A DNA stretch of 64,000 bases from Deltaproteobacteria bacterium (lineage in GTDB: Bacteria; Myxococcota; Kuafuiibacteriia; Kuafuiibacteriales; Kuafuiibacteriaceae). Below are positions 22,692-32,155 of this stretch, in pieces. Made by a program: the position numbers and the translations under genes. The notes beneath the pieces were generated by a model. The model did no database searches. It saw only the letters and a list, made by a program, of their open reading frames with translations, and was not told the DNA's origin. Position 1 is the stretch's first letter. Each line of letters starts with the position of its first letter. Location: contig JAVJQW010000019.1 of assembly GCA_040218735.1 (NCBI GenBank), forward strand, positions 1-64,000, read 5' to 3'.

Positions 22692-23532
22692 CCGCCAAAC
22701 TCCTCCGGTAGGCTTCGAAGTCCGCCGTGTTCAACACGTGGCGATCCATCCACGCCCGGAACCGATCCCGGTCGCGCGAGATCTCATCCCACGCCTGATA
22801 GAAACGGTTGTCCCGCTCCGAGTACCCGTGCGCGTACGACGGGTGCGCCCCGCCGGGCACCAGCGCCACCGCGTTCACCGTCCAGGACGGCAAGATCACT
22901 CCGGTCGGCACCGGGACGATTCGCTCCACGACCTCCTCCACCGTCACGATCACACGCCGCGCCGCGAGCGCCGCTTCCTTCTGCACGCCCGCGATGCCCC
23001 ACAGCTGCACGTTCCCCGCGAGGTCCGCCTGCTGGGCGTGGATGATCGTTACGTCAGGTCGAATCGAAGGCACCGCCGTCAGCACCTCGCCGGTGAACGG
23101 ACAGGTCACCGTCCGAATCCGATCGTTGTGCTTCGGCAGATCCGATCCAGCGTACCCGCGCAGCACCGCGAACGGCAGCCCGCTCGCGCCCGCGACGTAC
23201 GCGTTGGCGATGTCCGCGTGGCTCCGCTCCTCGATCTCGATCGGGTGCGGATGACCGCGCTCCACCGCGTCCCGCAGGCGGTGCAGCGATCCGACGCCGG
23301 GGTTGCCACCCCACGAGAACACCACGCGCTTCGCGGCGCCCATCCCGATCAGCTGGTCGTACACGACGTCCGGGGTCATCCGGTACAGCGTGAGGTCGCG
23401 CCGGCCCTGCCGGACGAGCTCGTGGCCCGCCGCGTGAGGGATGAGGTGCGTGAATCCTTCAAGCGCCACCGCGTCGCCGTCGTGGACGTGCTCCGCGATC
23501 GCCTCCTTCAGGGATATGTGTTTGTTCACCAT
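22684..23532 (-). CDS. pcaI: 3-oxoadipate/glutaconate-type CoA-transferase subunit A
   Basis: LEGFTHLIP, RMTPD, GGNPGVGSL, GAHPSYAHGY. Confidence 0.88.
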   Translation of the reverse strand: MVNKHISLKEAIAEHVHDGDAVALEGFTHLIPHAAGHELVRQGRRDLTLYRMTPDVVYDQLIGMGAAKRVVFSWGGNPGVGSLHRLRDAVERGHPHPIEIEERSHADIANAYVAGASGLPFAVLRGYAGSDLPKHNDRIRTVTCPFTGEVLTAVPSIRPDVTIIHAQQADLAGNVQLWGIAGVQKEAALAARRVIVTVEEVVERIVPVPTGVILPSWTVNAVALVPGGAHPSYAHGYSERDNRFYQAWDEISRDRDRFRAWMDRHVLNTADFEAYRRSLADG

Positions 23533-23557
23533 ACGAACACTTGTTTGTATTGTGAAC
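23523..23557. promoter_or_regulatory. Two PcaR/IclR-type boxes
   Basis: TGTTC-ACCATAC-GAACA overlaps the pcaI ATG, followed by GTTTGTATTGTGAAC; both resemble the GTTCG-N5-CGAAC IclR/PcaR dyad. Confidence 0.7.
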
Positions 23558-23579
23558 CCGAGCTAGAAAAGGTGTCAAC

Positions 23580-24332
23580 GTGAGCACGACCTTCGTCGCT
23601 GCCTTCGCCAAGGGCCTCCGCGTCATCGCAGCGTTCGACGCGCAACACCGCCGCATGACGCTCTCCGAGGTCGCCGAACGCACCGGCTTCGACCGCGCCG
23701 CCGCGCGGCGGTTCCTGCTGACGCTGGTCGAGGTCGGCTACGCGAAGCAGGACGGCAAACACTTCCAGCTCACGCCGAAGGTGCTTGAGCTCGGCTTCGC
23801 CTACCTCGCATCGCTCGGGCTCCCGTCCATCATGGAGCCGATACTCGAGCGCGTGAGCGACGCCCTCGACGAGTCGTCGAGCGTCGCCGTCCTGGACGAC
23901 CTCGACGTCGTCTACGTCGCGCGCGTGCAGACGCAGCGGATCATGTCGGTGGGGCTCGGCGTCGGTTCGCGGCTCCCGGCGGCCACCACTTCGATGGGAC
24001 GGGTGTTGCTCGCGCAGCTCGATCCGAAGGACCTCGCCGAGCGCCTCGGGCGCTGCCGACTCGAAGCCCACACGCCGCGCACGCTCACCAAGAAGCGCGA
24101 CCTCCTCCGCACCATCGAGCAGATCCGAAAGGACGGCTTCGCGGTGGTCGACCAGGAGCTCGAAGAGGGCCTACGGTCCATCGCGGTGCCGATCACGAAC
24201 CGCAGCGGGGAGGTCGTCGCCGCCATCAACGTGGGCACGCTGGCCAGCCGCGTCCCGAAGCAGACGCTGTTGAAGCACCATCTCGCCGTGCTCCGCGAGG
24301 CCGCTGCCTCCGCGCGCGAAGCGCTGGTCTGA
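23580..24332 (+). CDS. pcaR: IclR family regulator (PcaR/PobR-like)
   Basis: AKGLRVI, RAAARRFLLTL, GSRLPAATTSMGRVLLA, VDQELEEGLRSIAVP. Confidence 0.9.
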   Translation: MSTTFVAAFAKGLRVIAAFDAQHRRMTLSEVAERTGFDRAAARRFLLTLVEVGYAKQDGKHFQLTPKVLELGFAYLASLGLPSIMEPILERVSDALDESSSVAVLDDLDVVYVARVQTQRIMSVGLGVGSRLPAATTSMGRVLLAQLDPKDLAERLGRCRLEAHTPRTLTKKRDLLRTIEQIRKDGFAVVDQELEEGLRSIAVPITNRSGEVVAAINVGTLASRVPKQTLLKHHLAVLREAAASAREALV

Positions 24333-24341
24333 GGAGACACC

Positions 24342-27300
24342 ATGAGCCGAGTCGAATTCACCACGAACGCCGCCGCCGTCCTCGCCGAGGCTCTCGCCGA
24401 CCGATCGCGCGTCCTCCTGATCACGAACCCGTCCCGGCGCTTCGAAGAACAGATCCGCGCCGCGCTCGGGGACGCCACGATCGAGGTCTTCGACGGCGCC
24501 CGCGTGCACGTCCCCGCGGACGTGGTGCGCGCAGCGAAGGAGCGGCTCGACACCTTCCAACCGGACGCCGTCGTCACCCTCGGCGGGGGCGCGGCGACCG
24601 GCCTCGGGAAGATGCTGAAACGCGAGGCCTCGTTCTTCTTCGTCGCCGTCCCCACGACCTACGCCGGCTCCGAGATGACGAACATCTGGGGCACCACGGA
24701 CGGAGGGAACAAACAGACCGGCCGCGACGACGTCGTCCGGCCCGACCTCGTCGTCTACGACCCGGCGTTCACCGCCACGCTCCCGCCGAAGCTCACGATG
24801 CAGAGCCTCTTCAACGCGCTCGCACATCCGATCAGCGCGCTGGAGGCGGGCTCCGAAGATCCCGACGCGCTCCGCGCCATCCGCGAGATCGTCGACGCCG
24901 CCACGCAGCTCGCCGAGTCCCCGCGCCACGCCGGCGCACGCGCCGAAGCGCTCCGCGGCGCCTCCCTCGCCGGCGCCGTCCTCGACGCCGGGCAGCTCGG
25001 CGTACACCACAAACTCGCGCACTTCGTCGGAGGCCGCTTCGACCTCGATCACTCCGCGCTCCACGCCGTGCTCCTCGTGGGCACGGTCCACCGCATCCGC
25101 GCGACCCAGCCCGAGCTCTACGAGCGCATCCGCGACGCCGCGGGCCTCGTCGATCTCCCAGCGCAGCTCTTCGACCTCCTCCGACGCGTCGGCGCACCGA
25201 CCAGCCTCCGCACGCTCGGCGTCGCGTGGGACGATCTGCAAGCCAACTTGCAAGACGCCCCGCTCCCCGACGCCCTCGTGTTCGCGCACCAGGGGCGCCG
25301 CCCGCTCGCAACCACACGCTACGAAGTGGACGGCACGAGCATCGACGGAGACCTCCGCGAGGCCGACACCATCGTCGTCGGCGTCCACGGCCGCGGCGTC
25401 TGCGCCGACGCGATCGTCCGCGCCATCCGCGAGATCGGCGGCCACGAGATCGCCGTCCTCGCGCCGCAGGCCACCGACAACCAGTGGTACGGATGCGGCT
25501 ACCGCGAGCCCTACGGCGAAGCGACCGCCGCCGCCGTCGCCCGGATCGAAGCCGCGCTCCAGCACACTCAGGCCGTCAACCCGCGCGCACGGCGCGTGCT
25601 GTTCGGCTTCTCGCAGGGGGCCTGCCTCGCCCTCGAAGCCGCGGCCCGCACGGAGGTCCCGCTCGACGCCGTCATCGCGATCAACGGTGCGCGCATCGGT
25701 CCGCCCGAGGCCTACGCCGAATCCAAACGCGAGCACGAAGGCACCCCAGCGGCGAGGCCGCTGAGCGCCTCGGAGGGCACCCCATCTTCGGACCTCGCTC
25801 CGCTCGGGCCGAGGGCACGTTCCGTCGGACGCCCAGCGGCGAGGCCGCTGAGCGCCTCGGAGGGCACCCGCGTGCTGGTCGGCGTCGCGGAGGACGACCG
25901 CTGGGTCGCCACCGCCGACGTCGACGCCACCGCGACCTGGTTTTGCGGCGTCGGCGCCGACGTCACCGTGCTGCACGCCCCCGGCGACGCCCACGAGATC
26001 GATGCCCGCCAACGCATCGCCGCCGCCGAGCTCCTGACCGGGCGCTCGATTCGCGAAGGCCAGTCCGGCTTCGGCAACGCCCACGAAACCGAAGCGCTCC
26101 CCGGCGCCGTGCCGCGCCGAATGAACAGCCCGCGCCACGTCCGCTACGGCCTGTACGCCGAGCAGATCAACGGCACCGGCTTCGTCGCCGACCGCGAGCA
26201 CAACCTGAGGACGTGGACCTACCGCGTGCGCCCGACCGCGCAGCACACGCCGTTCGCGCCCCTCGACCACACCGGCGTCACCGCCGACTTCGCGACGCCC
26301 CCCGAGCCCAACCTCGCCGGCTGGGGCCCCGTCCCCGCGCCGAAGGAGGCGCGCGACTTCGTCGATGGGCTCATCACCTTCGGCGGCGCCGGGCACCCCT
26401 CACTCCGCCGCGGGTTCGCCGTGCACCTCTACGCCGCGAACCGGAGCATGAACCATCGCGCGTTCTCGAACGCGGACGGCGACCTGCTCATCGTCCCGCA
26501 GGAAGGTCGCCTCACGCTGCTCACGGAGCTCGGGGTGTTGGAGGCCCCGCCCGGGCACATCGCGATCGTGCCGCGCGGCATTCGGTTTTCGGTGCTCGTC
26601 GACGGGTTCGCGCGCGGGTACGTCGCGGAGGTCTACGGGCGCCACTTCGAGCTCCCACCGCGCGGCCCGGTCGGCGCCAACGGGCTGACGGACCCACGCC
26701 ACTTCAAAGCGCCGACGGCCTGGTACGAGGACCGCGTCGACCCCGGCTACCGCCTCGCGAACAAGTTCGGCGGGCGGCTCTTCGAAGCGACGCAGGACTA
26801 CGCGCCGCACGACGTCGTCGGGTGGCACGGCAACTACACGCCGTACGTCTACGACCTCCTCGACTTCAGCCCGGTGTCGGCGGCGCGCTTCGATCACCCC
26901 GACCCGTCGATCTTCACGGTGCTGACCTGCCCGCTCGACGAACCCGGCGCGCACACCCTCGACTTCGTGTTCTTCCCACCGCGATGGGACGTCAGCGAGG
27001 GCACGTTCCGCCCGCCGTTCTTCCACCGCAACGCGACGACCGAGATCAACGGCATCATCAAGGACCCCGGCGGCGACCGCCCGCCGTTCTACGCGGGCGG
27101 CGTCTTCGTCACGCCGAACATGACGCCGCACGGCGTCCGGAACCGCGCGGTGCACCGCATCCTCTCGACCGACGCCGAAGACGAACCGCGCCGCACCACG
27201 GAGGACTCGATGTGGTTCCAGTTCGAGTCGGCGCTGCCACTTCAGCTCACCCGCTGGGCGGCGAGCACCCGGACGCGCCTCGACGACTGGACGGACATGT

Positions 27301-27359
27301 GGGGCACCTACCGGACCTTCTTCAACGCAGGTGACCCCAACCGTCCGGGAGACGTTTGA
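24342..27359 (+). CDS. Three-domain fusion: maleylacetate reductase, phospholipase/carboxylesterase-type hydrolase, homogentisate 1,2-dioxygenase-like
   Basis: MAR: PTTYAGSEMT, NALAH, HHKLAH. Hydrolase: HGRG, GFSQGA, AHEI. HGD: LYAEQINGTGF, WHGNYTPY, DHPDPSIFTVLT, FHRN...E, MTPHG. One open 1005-aa frame with a GAGGAG RBS. Confidence 0.9.
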   Translation: MSRVEFTTNAAAVLAEALADRSRVLLITNPSRRFEEQIRAALGDATIEVFDGARVHVPADVVRAAKERLDTFQPDAVVTLGGGAATGLGKMLKREASFFFVAVPTTYAGSEMTNIWGTTDGGNKQTGRDDVVRPDLVVYDPAFTATLPPKLTMQSLFNALAHPISALEAGSEDPDALRAIREIVDAATQLAESPRHAGARAEALRGASLAGAVLDAGQLGVHHKLAHFVGGRFDLDHSALHAVLLVGTVHRIRATQPELYERIRDAAGLVDLPAQLFDLLRRVGAPTSLRTLGVAWDDLQANLQDAPLPDALVFAHQGRRPLATTRYEVDGTSIDGDLREADTIVVGVHGRGVCADAIVRAIREIGGHEIAVLAPQATDNQWYGCGYREPYGEATAAAVARIEAALQHTQAVNPRARRVLFGFSQGACLALEAAARTEVPLDAVIAINGARIGPPEAYAESKREHEGTPAARPLSASEGTPSSDLAPLGPRARSVGRPAARPLSASEGTRVLVGVAEDDRWVATADVDATATWFCGVGADVTVLHAPGDAHEIDARQRIAAAELLTGRSIREGQSGFGNAHETEALPGAVPRRMNSPRHVRYGLYAEQINGTGFVADREHNLRTWTYRVRPTAQHTPFAPLDHTGVTADFATPPEPNLAGWGPVPAPKEARDFVDGLITFGGAGHPSLRRGFAVHLYAANRSMNHRAFSNADGDLLIVPQEGRLTLLTELGVLEAPPGHIAIVPRGIRFSVLVDGFARGYVAEVYGRHFELPPRGPVGANGLTDPRHFKAPTAWYEDRVDPGYRLANKFGGRLFEATQDYAPHDVVGWHGNYTPYVYDLLDFSPVSAARFDHPDPSIFTVLTCPLDEPGAHTLDFVFFPPRWDVSEGTFRPPFFHRNATTEINGIIKDPGGDRPPFYAGGVFVTPNMTPHGVRNRAVHRILSTDAEDEPRRTTEDSMWFQFESALPLQLTRWAASTRTRLDDWTDMWGTYRTFFNAGDPNRPGDV
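25737..25869. mobile_element. In-frame hairpin-element insertion (36 + 87 bp) in the hydrolase domain
   Basis: GA(A/G)GGCACCC recurs at 25737, 25773 and 25860; hairpin CAGCGGC-GAG-GCCGCTG occurs twice; peptide PAARPLSASEGT is duplicated. Confidence 0.85.
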
Positions 27360-28809
27360 TCGTGCAGTTCGCCGCGCCGCCGCCCGCGAGCAGGCTCCGC
27401 GCCGCGGCGTCGGGCATCGCGAAGTAGACGCGCACGGGGACGTCCTGCGGGAGCGAGGTGAGGAACGCGTCTTCGAAGGCGCGCGGGCCGCGTTGCGTGA
27501 TGAAGTACGCTTCCCCGTGGGTGTTGCTGCCGGCTTCGCCGTTCATGAAGTTGGCGACGTCGAGGGACCGCCCCCTCGAATCGAACCCGACGAAGCGCCC
27601 CGGCACACGGATGACCTCGAAACCCGCGGCCTTCAGTTCTTCCGCGGTGCGCGCCTCGAGCACGGATCGCCGCGCGCCCTCGGTGCGGATCCGCTGGGCC
27701 TCCGCCGACCCCGGATCCAGACCCTGCGCCTGGATCTGCGCCTCGGCCGCGGCGCGCGCGTCGTTGAGGAGCATCTGCCCCTCGCCCCACGGGGCCATCG
27801 CGACGTCGAGGTGGAAGTCGGCCGGCTGCTCGACGAAGTGCAGGTCCTCGGGGGCGACGCCGAGGTCCTTCGCCATCGCCGCCCGCACCCCGGCCTCGTC
27901 GGTGCCGAGGAGCTCCTTGTTGCGCGCGAGCGCGTCGGCGCCGACGACGGCGTACGGACGCCCGTCGCGCATGCCGTTGATGATGTTGCCGCCCTCGACG
28001 AACGTCGTCCCGCGGCGGGCCTCGCCACCGAGCGCAGCGACGGCTGCGGCCGAGGGTTCGGCGGCCCCCTCCTTGATCGTCATGCCGGAGCCCGCGTAGT
28101 GCAGCACCGGATGCGCGGCGAACGACTGCTTCGGGTCGTCGGGGACCGCGCCGACGAAGCGCTCCACGCGGCCTGACATGATCGGGAGGGTCATCGCTCG
28201 GTAGTCATGGTCGCGCGGAACGACCGCGCGGCCGTCCGTGTAGAAGTGCAGGCTGTCCTCGGGCCACGCGTACCCTTCGCCGATCATGGGGATGACGTTT
28301 TCGGCGTCCCCCGTCGCGGCGCGGAGCTGGTCGGCGACCGCCTCGCTCGGCACGGTGACGACCACGTTGAAGCCCTCGGCGCGCCCGATCTCCGCCATGC
28401 GCTGGATGTACGTGAGGCGGGCCGGGTCGCCGGCCCCGTTGTAGTCCATGAGGAACTGCCCGCTCGTCGCCGCGAAGTCCTCGGGCATCGCGACCGCCGC
28501 GCCGAAGCCGCCGTGGCTTCGTCCGTCGCCCGGCGTGACCTCGCTCCAGGCCTCGTGCTCCAACATCTTCGCGGCCTCGCCGTTCGGGACGTGACGAACG
28601 TCCGGCGGGGGCGGCGGCGTCAGCCCGATCGCCTCCGCTGCGGCGCCGCCGAGGGGCTCGACGCGGATCGCGTCGGGGGAGGGCCGCGGCACCGGCTCCG
28701 GGGCCTGCAGCGGGTCGGGGCGGCTCGGTCTACGGGGAGGCAGCGGGGCGCGTTCGACGGCTCCGGGGCCGATTCGGGGGGATACGGATCCTGCGGCGGG
28801 GGCGACCAT
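27322..28809 (-). CDS. Pentein-superfamily (agmatine/peptidyl-arginine deiminase-like) protein with a Pro-rich leader
   Basis: WPED, FVEGGN, FHLD, NFMN and C-terminal GGGAANC, in the order expected for guanidino-modifying enzymes. Confidence 0.6.
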   Translation of the reverse strand: MVAPAAGSVSPRIGPGAVERAPLPPRRPSRPDPLQAPEPVPRPSPDAIRVEPLGGAAAEAIGLTPPPPPDVRHVPNGEAAKMLEHEAWSEVTPGDGRSHGGFGAAVAMPEDFAATSGQFLMDYNGAGDPARLTYIQRMAEIGRAEGFNVVVTVPSEAVADQLRAATGDAENVIPMIGEGYAWPEDSLHFYTDGRAVVPRDHDYRAMTLPIMSGRVERFVGAVPDDPKQSFAAHPVLHYAGSGMTIKEGAAEPSAAAVAALGGEARRGTTFVEGGNIINGMRDGRPYAVVGADALARNKELLGTDEAGVRAAMAKDLGVAPEDLHFVEQPADFHLDVAMAPWGEGQMLLNDARAAAEAQIQAQGLDPGSAEAQRIRTEGARRSVLEARTAEELKAAGFEVIRVPGRFVGFDSRGRSLDVANFMNGEAGSNTHGEAYFITQRGPRAFEDAFLTSLPQDVPVRVYFAMPDAAARSLLAGGGAANCTIKRLPDGWGHLR

Positions 28810-28940
28810 TCGGGTTGGGCTTCGCAAACCACGTGCCGAGAGCGCCCTGCCGTCGAACCGCGCGCCGGGGTCGGCGATCACCAACACATGGCCGTATGCC
28901 TTCGCCGACCTCGCATCGACCGCAGTACACAAGGGACAAG

Positions 28941-29159
28941 ATGCGAATCGCGATCTTCGTCGCGCTCGCGATGTTCTTCGGGAGCACCGCCTGGGCGCTG
29001 AGCTGTCTGTATCAAGACGTCGAGGTCGTCGCCCTGCGCACGGCGGACGGGGAGCTCGACGGGCGATGCCTGTTCCTGCTCGGCAAGGGCGAGGACTTCG
29101 TGCACCTCTTCGACTGCGACGACACGTTCATCTACGACGACGCGGAGTTCTCGCGATGA
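28941..29159 (+). CDS. Small secreted protein
   Basis: Signal peptide MRIAIFVALAMFFGSTAWA; AAGGGA RBS; ATGA coupling to the next gene. Confidence 0.65.
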   Translation: MRIAIFVALAMFFGSTAWALSCLYQDVEVVALRTADGELDGRCLFLLGKGEDFVHLFDCDDTFIYDDAEFSR

Positions 29160-29728
29160 AGCGCGCTGCGCTCCTGCTCCTGCTCACCGGCTGCGGCACG
29201 GGCTTCTACGACGACGACGGCGGTTGCGGGGAGCCGACGTACCGCGGCCTGTTCACCGCACAAGACGGCCGCACCGCGCTGGTCTCCGCGGAGCAGGTCC
29301 TCCTCACGCACCCGGACGGCACGACCGAGGAGCTGTTCTTCGACCGCTTCCAGCGGCCCGCGCCGACCCTCCCGACGTTCTGCGGCGCGCGCTCGCCCGC
29401 GGACGGGTTCCGTCGCGTTCGCCTGCAGGGAGGCTCCAAGGCCGCGTTCGGGTCGATCTGGCTGGAGGCCCTCGAGGGGGCGACGATCGTGAGCCACGAG
29501 GTCGACTTCACCTTCGACCAAACCCGCGCCGAGAACCGCTACACGGTGACCGCGACCGCGACCCGCGTCGCGATCGACTACATGAGCCCCGGCCCGATCG
29601 AGGCCGACGTCCGCATCCGTCACGCCCTGAGGCTCGCGGAGGGCTCGACGGTCGCCGAGACCCTCGACCTGCGCTTGGAGCGGGACGGCGACACGTTCAT
29701 CAAGCTGACCGGTACGCCCTGCCGGTGA
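29156..29728 (+). CDS. Hypothetical lipoprotein
   Basis: Lipobox MKRAALLLLLTG-C. Confidence 0.75.
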   Translation: MKRAALLLLLTGCGTGFYDDDGGCGEPTYRGLFTAQDGRTALVSAEQVLLTHPDGTTEELFFDRFQRPAPTLPTFCGARSPADGFRRVRLQGGSKAAFGSIWLEALEGATIVSHEVDFTFDQTRAENRYTVTATATRVAIDYMSPGPIEADVRIRHALRLAEGSTVAETLDLRLERDGDTFIKLTGTPCR

Positions 29729-29791
29729 AGAGATTCGGGGCAAACCAAACGTGACGGAATGCCAGCGCTCGTGGAAGGTTGAACCTTCCGC

Positions 29792-30781
29792 GTGACGTGC
29801 ACACGGACAGCCTGGCTCCTCGCCGCCGCGGTCATGATGCCGCGGATCGCCGCAGCGCACGGAGGCGCCGAGGCGGCCGCTTTCATCCTGGACCCCGTAA
29901 CCCACGACGTCGTGGTCGACGACGCCTACACCTTCACCTGGACCGACTTCGACACCGACGGCGAGGGCGGCGTCGCCTTCCAGGACTTCTACTTCACGAC
30001 GGAGCGCCCGCCGCCCTGGCCGATCTGGAGCGGTCCGGCGTTCCTCGAAGGCGCCCCGATCGCCGCAGACATCCGCCTCGCCGACACCACCAACCAGCTC
30101 ACGTGGGACACCTCCACGGTCGCCGCCGGCGCCTACTGGCTGTGGTCCATCGCGCGCGACCCGGACATCCTCAACGACGCGACCACGATCCGCTTCTCGC
30201 CCTTCCCCGTATCCGTAGCGCACGCCGGGGACGAGGTCGCCCCGTCCGTCGTGCTGACGAGCCCCGCGGATGCGTTCGACATCGCCGACGACACCTACGC
30301 CATCACCTGGTCCGCGTTCGACCCGGACGGCTCCGCGACGGTCACCCTGGAGGCCGGCACGAGCACCGACGGGTCCGCGCTCGACGTCATCACGACCGAG
30401 GTCGCGGCTGCGGACGGATCGTACGCCTGGGACACGTCGGCCCTGCCGGAAGGGGACTACCTGCTGCGCATCCGGCTCGAGGACGCGCGCGGGATGACCT
30501 TCACCGCGTACGCACCGAACCTGCTCCTGGTCGCCCACCGCACCATCCCGCGGGACGGCGGCGTCGCGACGCCCGACGCGGGATTTGCGGACGCCGGCGC
30601 GACGACGCCCGCGCCGACCCCGGAGGAACCCGACGGATGCCGCTGCGCCGGCACGAACGGTCCCCGCGGGCGCTGGGCGTGGCTGATCTTCGGGGCGCTT
30701 GCGCTCCTGACCCGGCGACATTCGACTGGACGCACCCGGAGCGTCCCCACTAGCTTCGCATCCGGGACGACGGAGGACTGA
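29792..30781 (+). CDS. Surface protein with Ig-like repeats and a MYXO-CTERM-type tail
   Basis: Two WDTS..(A/E)G.Y repeats; tail DGCRCAG...WAWLIFGALALLTRR. Confidence 0.75.
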   Translation: MTCTRTAWLLAAAVMMPRIAAAHGGAEAAAFILDPVTHDVVVDDAYTFTWTDFDTDGEGGVAFQDFYFTTERPPPWPIWSGPAFLEGAPIAADIRLADTTNQLTWDTSTVAAGAYWLWSIARDPDILNDATTIRFSPFPVSVAHAGDEVAPSVVLTSPADAFDIADDTYAITWSAFDPDGSATVTLEAGTSTDGSALDVITTEVAAADGSYAWDTSALPEGDYLLRIRLEDARGMTFTAYAPNLLLVAHRTIPRDGGVATPDAGFADAGATTPAPTPEEPDGCRCAGTNGPRGRWAWLIFGALALLTRRHSTGRTRSVPTSFASGTTED

Positions 30782-32097
30782 TGACAGACCGAACCTTGAG
30801 CTTTGCCCTGCGCGCCAGCGCCATCTTCGCGCTCGCGCTCTCGACCGCCTGTGCGGGCGGGGACGACGACGACACCAGCATCGTGACCCCGCGCGACGGC
30901 GGCGCCCCCCGTGACGGCGGGCCCGAGTTCGAGTGCACGGTCAACCTCGACTGCGACGCCGCGACGCCGTTCTGCGACGGAAACCGCATCTGCGCCCAGC
31001 CGCCGGCCGGCTTCGAGATCGGCTACGGCGACCAGACGGCGCAGTCCGTCGACCTCACGCTGATCCACGAGCCGACTCGGAACGTGCAGACCACGGACCT
31101 GGAGTTCCACCCCACGCGCACCAACGAGCTGTGGGTCCTGCACCGCTGGGCCTACCAGGCGCGCCCCTGCACCCAGGCGGACAACAGCGGCTGCGGCTCG
31201 CTCGACGGGAGCACGACGACGATCTCGAACGTCGGCACCCAGGACCAGGTCGCCGAGTGGAAGACCGACGGCAACGCGTGGCACTTCATGCGCCGTCCGC
31301 CGGCCCTCGCGTTCAGCGCCGACAACGACAACTTCGCGACCTGCGGCGAAGCGTGGTCCGGCAACTTCCTCCCCGTGCCGTGGGACGACAGTGTCACCTT
31401 CATCGGGCCGTCGCTGTGGTCGTCGGATCCGGCGGTCTACGCGATCACCCCGCCGGGCGGGAACGGCTCCCACCTCGACATGCTCCACGAGACGCCGCTG
31501 TGCACCGGCATCGCCTGGGAGCCGGGCAACACGAGCGGCAACGTCTTCTGGCTGATCAACGGCGAGACCGGCTCGCTCGACCGCTACGACTTCCAGAACG
31601 ACCACGGCCCCGGCAACGACGACCACTCGGACGGCGAGCTCCTCCGGTACGCGCCGGGGACGATCGCGCGCGTCGAGCACGTGCCGAGCCACATGGTCTT
31701 CGACGCGTCGAACGGCCTCCTCTTCGTCGCCGACACCGGCAACAAGCGCATCGTCGCGCTCGACACCACGACCGGCTCGCGCGGCGGCGGCATCAACCCC
31801 GTCTGGGAGCCGCTGGCCGTGGACGCGATGATGAACAACGCGATGGTCTACGAGATCGTGCCCCCGGGGCTCCTCGAGGCGCCGAGCGGCCTCGAGCTGC
31901 ACAACGACCTGCTCTACGTCTCGGACACCACCCAGTCGCGCATCTACGTGTTCGACCGCGGCGGCAACGAGATCAACCGCCTCGACACCGGCCTCGCCGC
32001 GGGTGAGCTCGGCGGCATGGCGTTCGGCCCGGACGGGAAGCTCTACCTCGGGCTCGTCAACTCGGGCGACGTCTACCGCATCGACCCCAAGCAATAG
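30781..32097 (+). CDS. Beta-propeller (NHL-like) lipoprotein
   Basis: Lipobox STA-C; LFVADTGNKRI, PSGLEL..LYVSD, GMAFGPDGKLY. Confidence 0.8.
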   Translation: MTDRTLSFALRASAIFALALSTACAGGDDDDTSIVTPRDGGAPRDGGPEFECTVNLDCDAATPFCDGNRICAQPPAGFEIGYGDQTAQSVDLTLIHEPTRNVQTTDLEFHPTRTNELWVLHRWAYQARPCTQADNSGCGSLDGSTTTISNVGTQDQVAEWKTDGNAWHFMRRPPALAFSADNDNFATCGEAWSGNFLPVPWDDSVTFIGPSLWSSDPAVYAITPPGGNGSHLDMLHETPLCTGIAWEPGNTSGNVFWLINGETGSLDRYDFQNDHGPGNDDHSDGELLRYAPGTIARVEHVPSHMVFDASNGLLFVADTGNKRIVALDTTTGSRGGGINPVWEPLAVDAMMNNAMVYEIVPPGLLEAPSGLELHNDLLYVSDTTQSRIYVFDRGGNEINRLDTGLAAGELGGMAFGPDGKLYLGLVNSGDVYRIDPKQ

Positions 32098-32155
32098 CCC
32101 CTACCCGCCTCGAAACCTTGACTCCCCTCGCCCGAGCCTCTTTGTAGGGCGGGCG

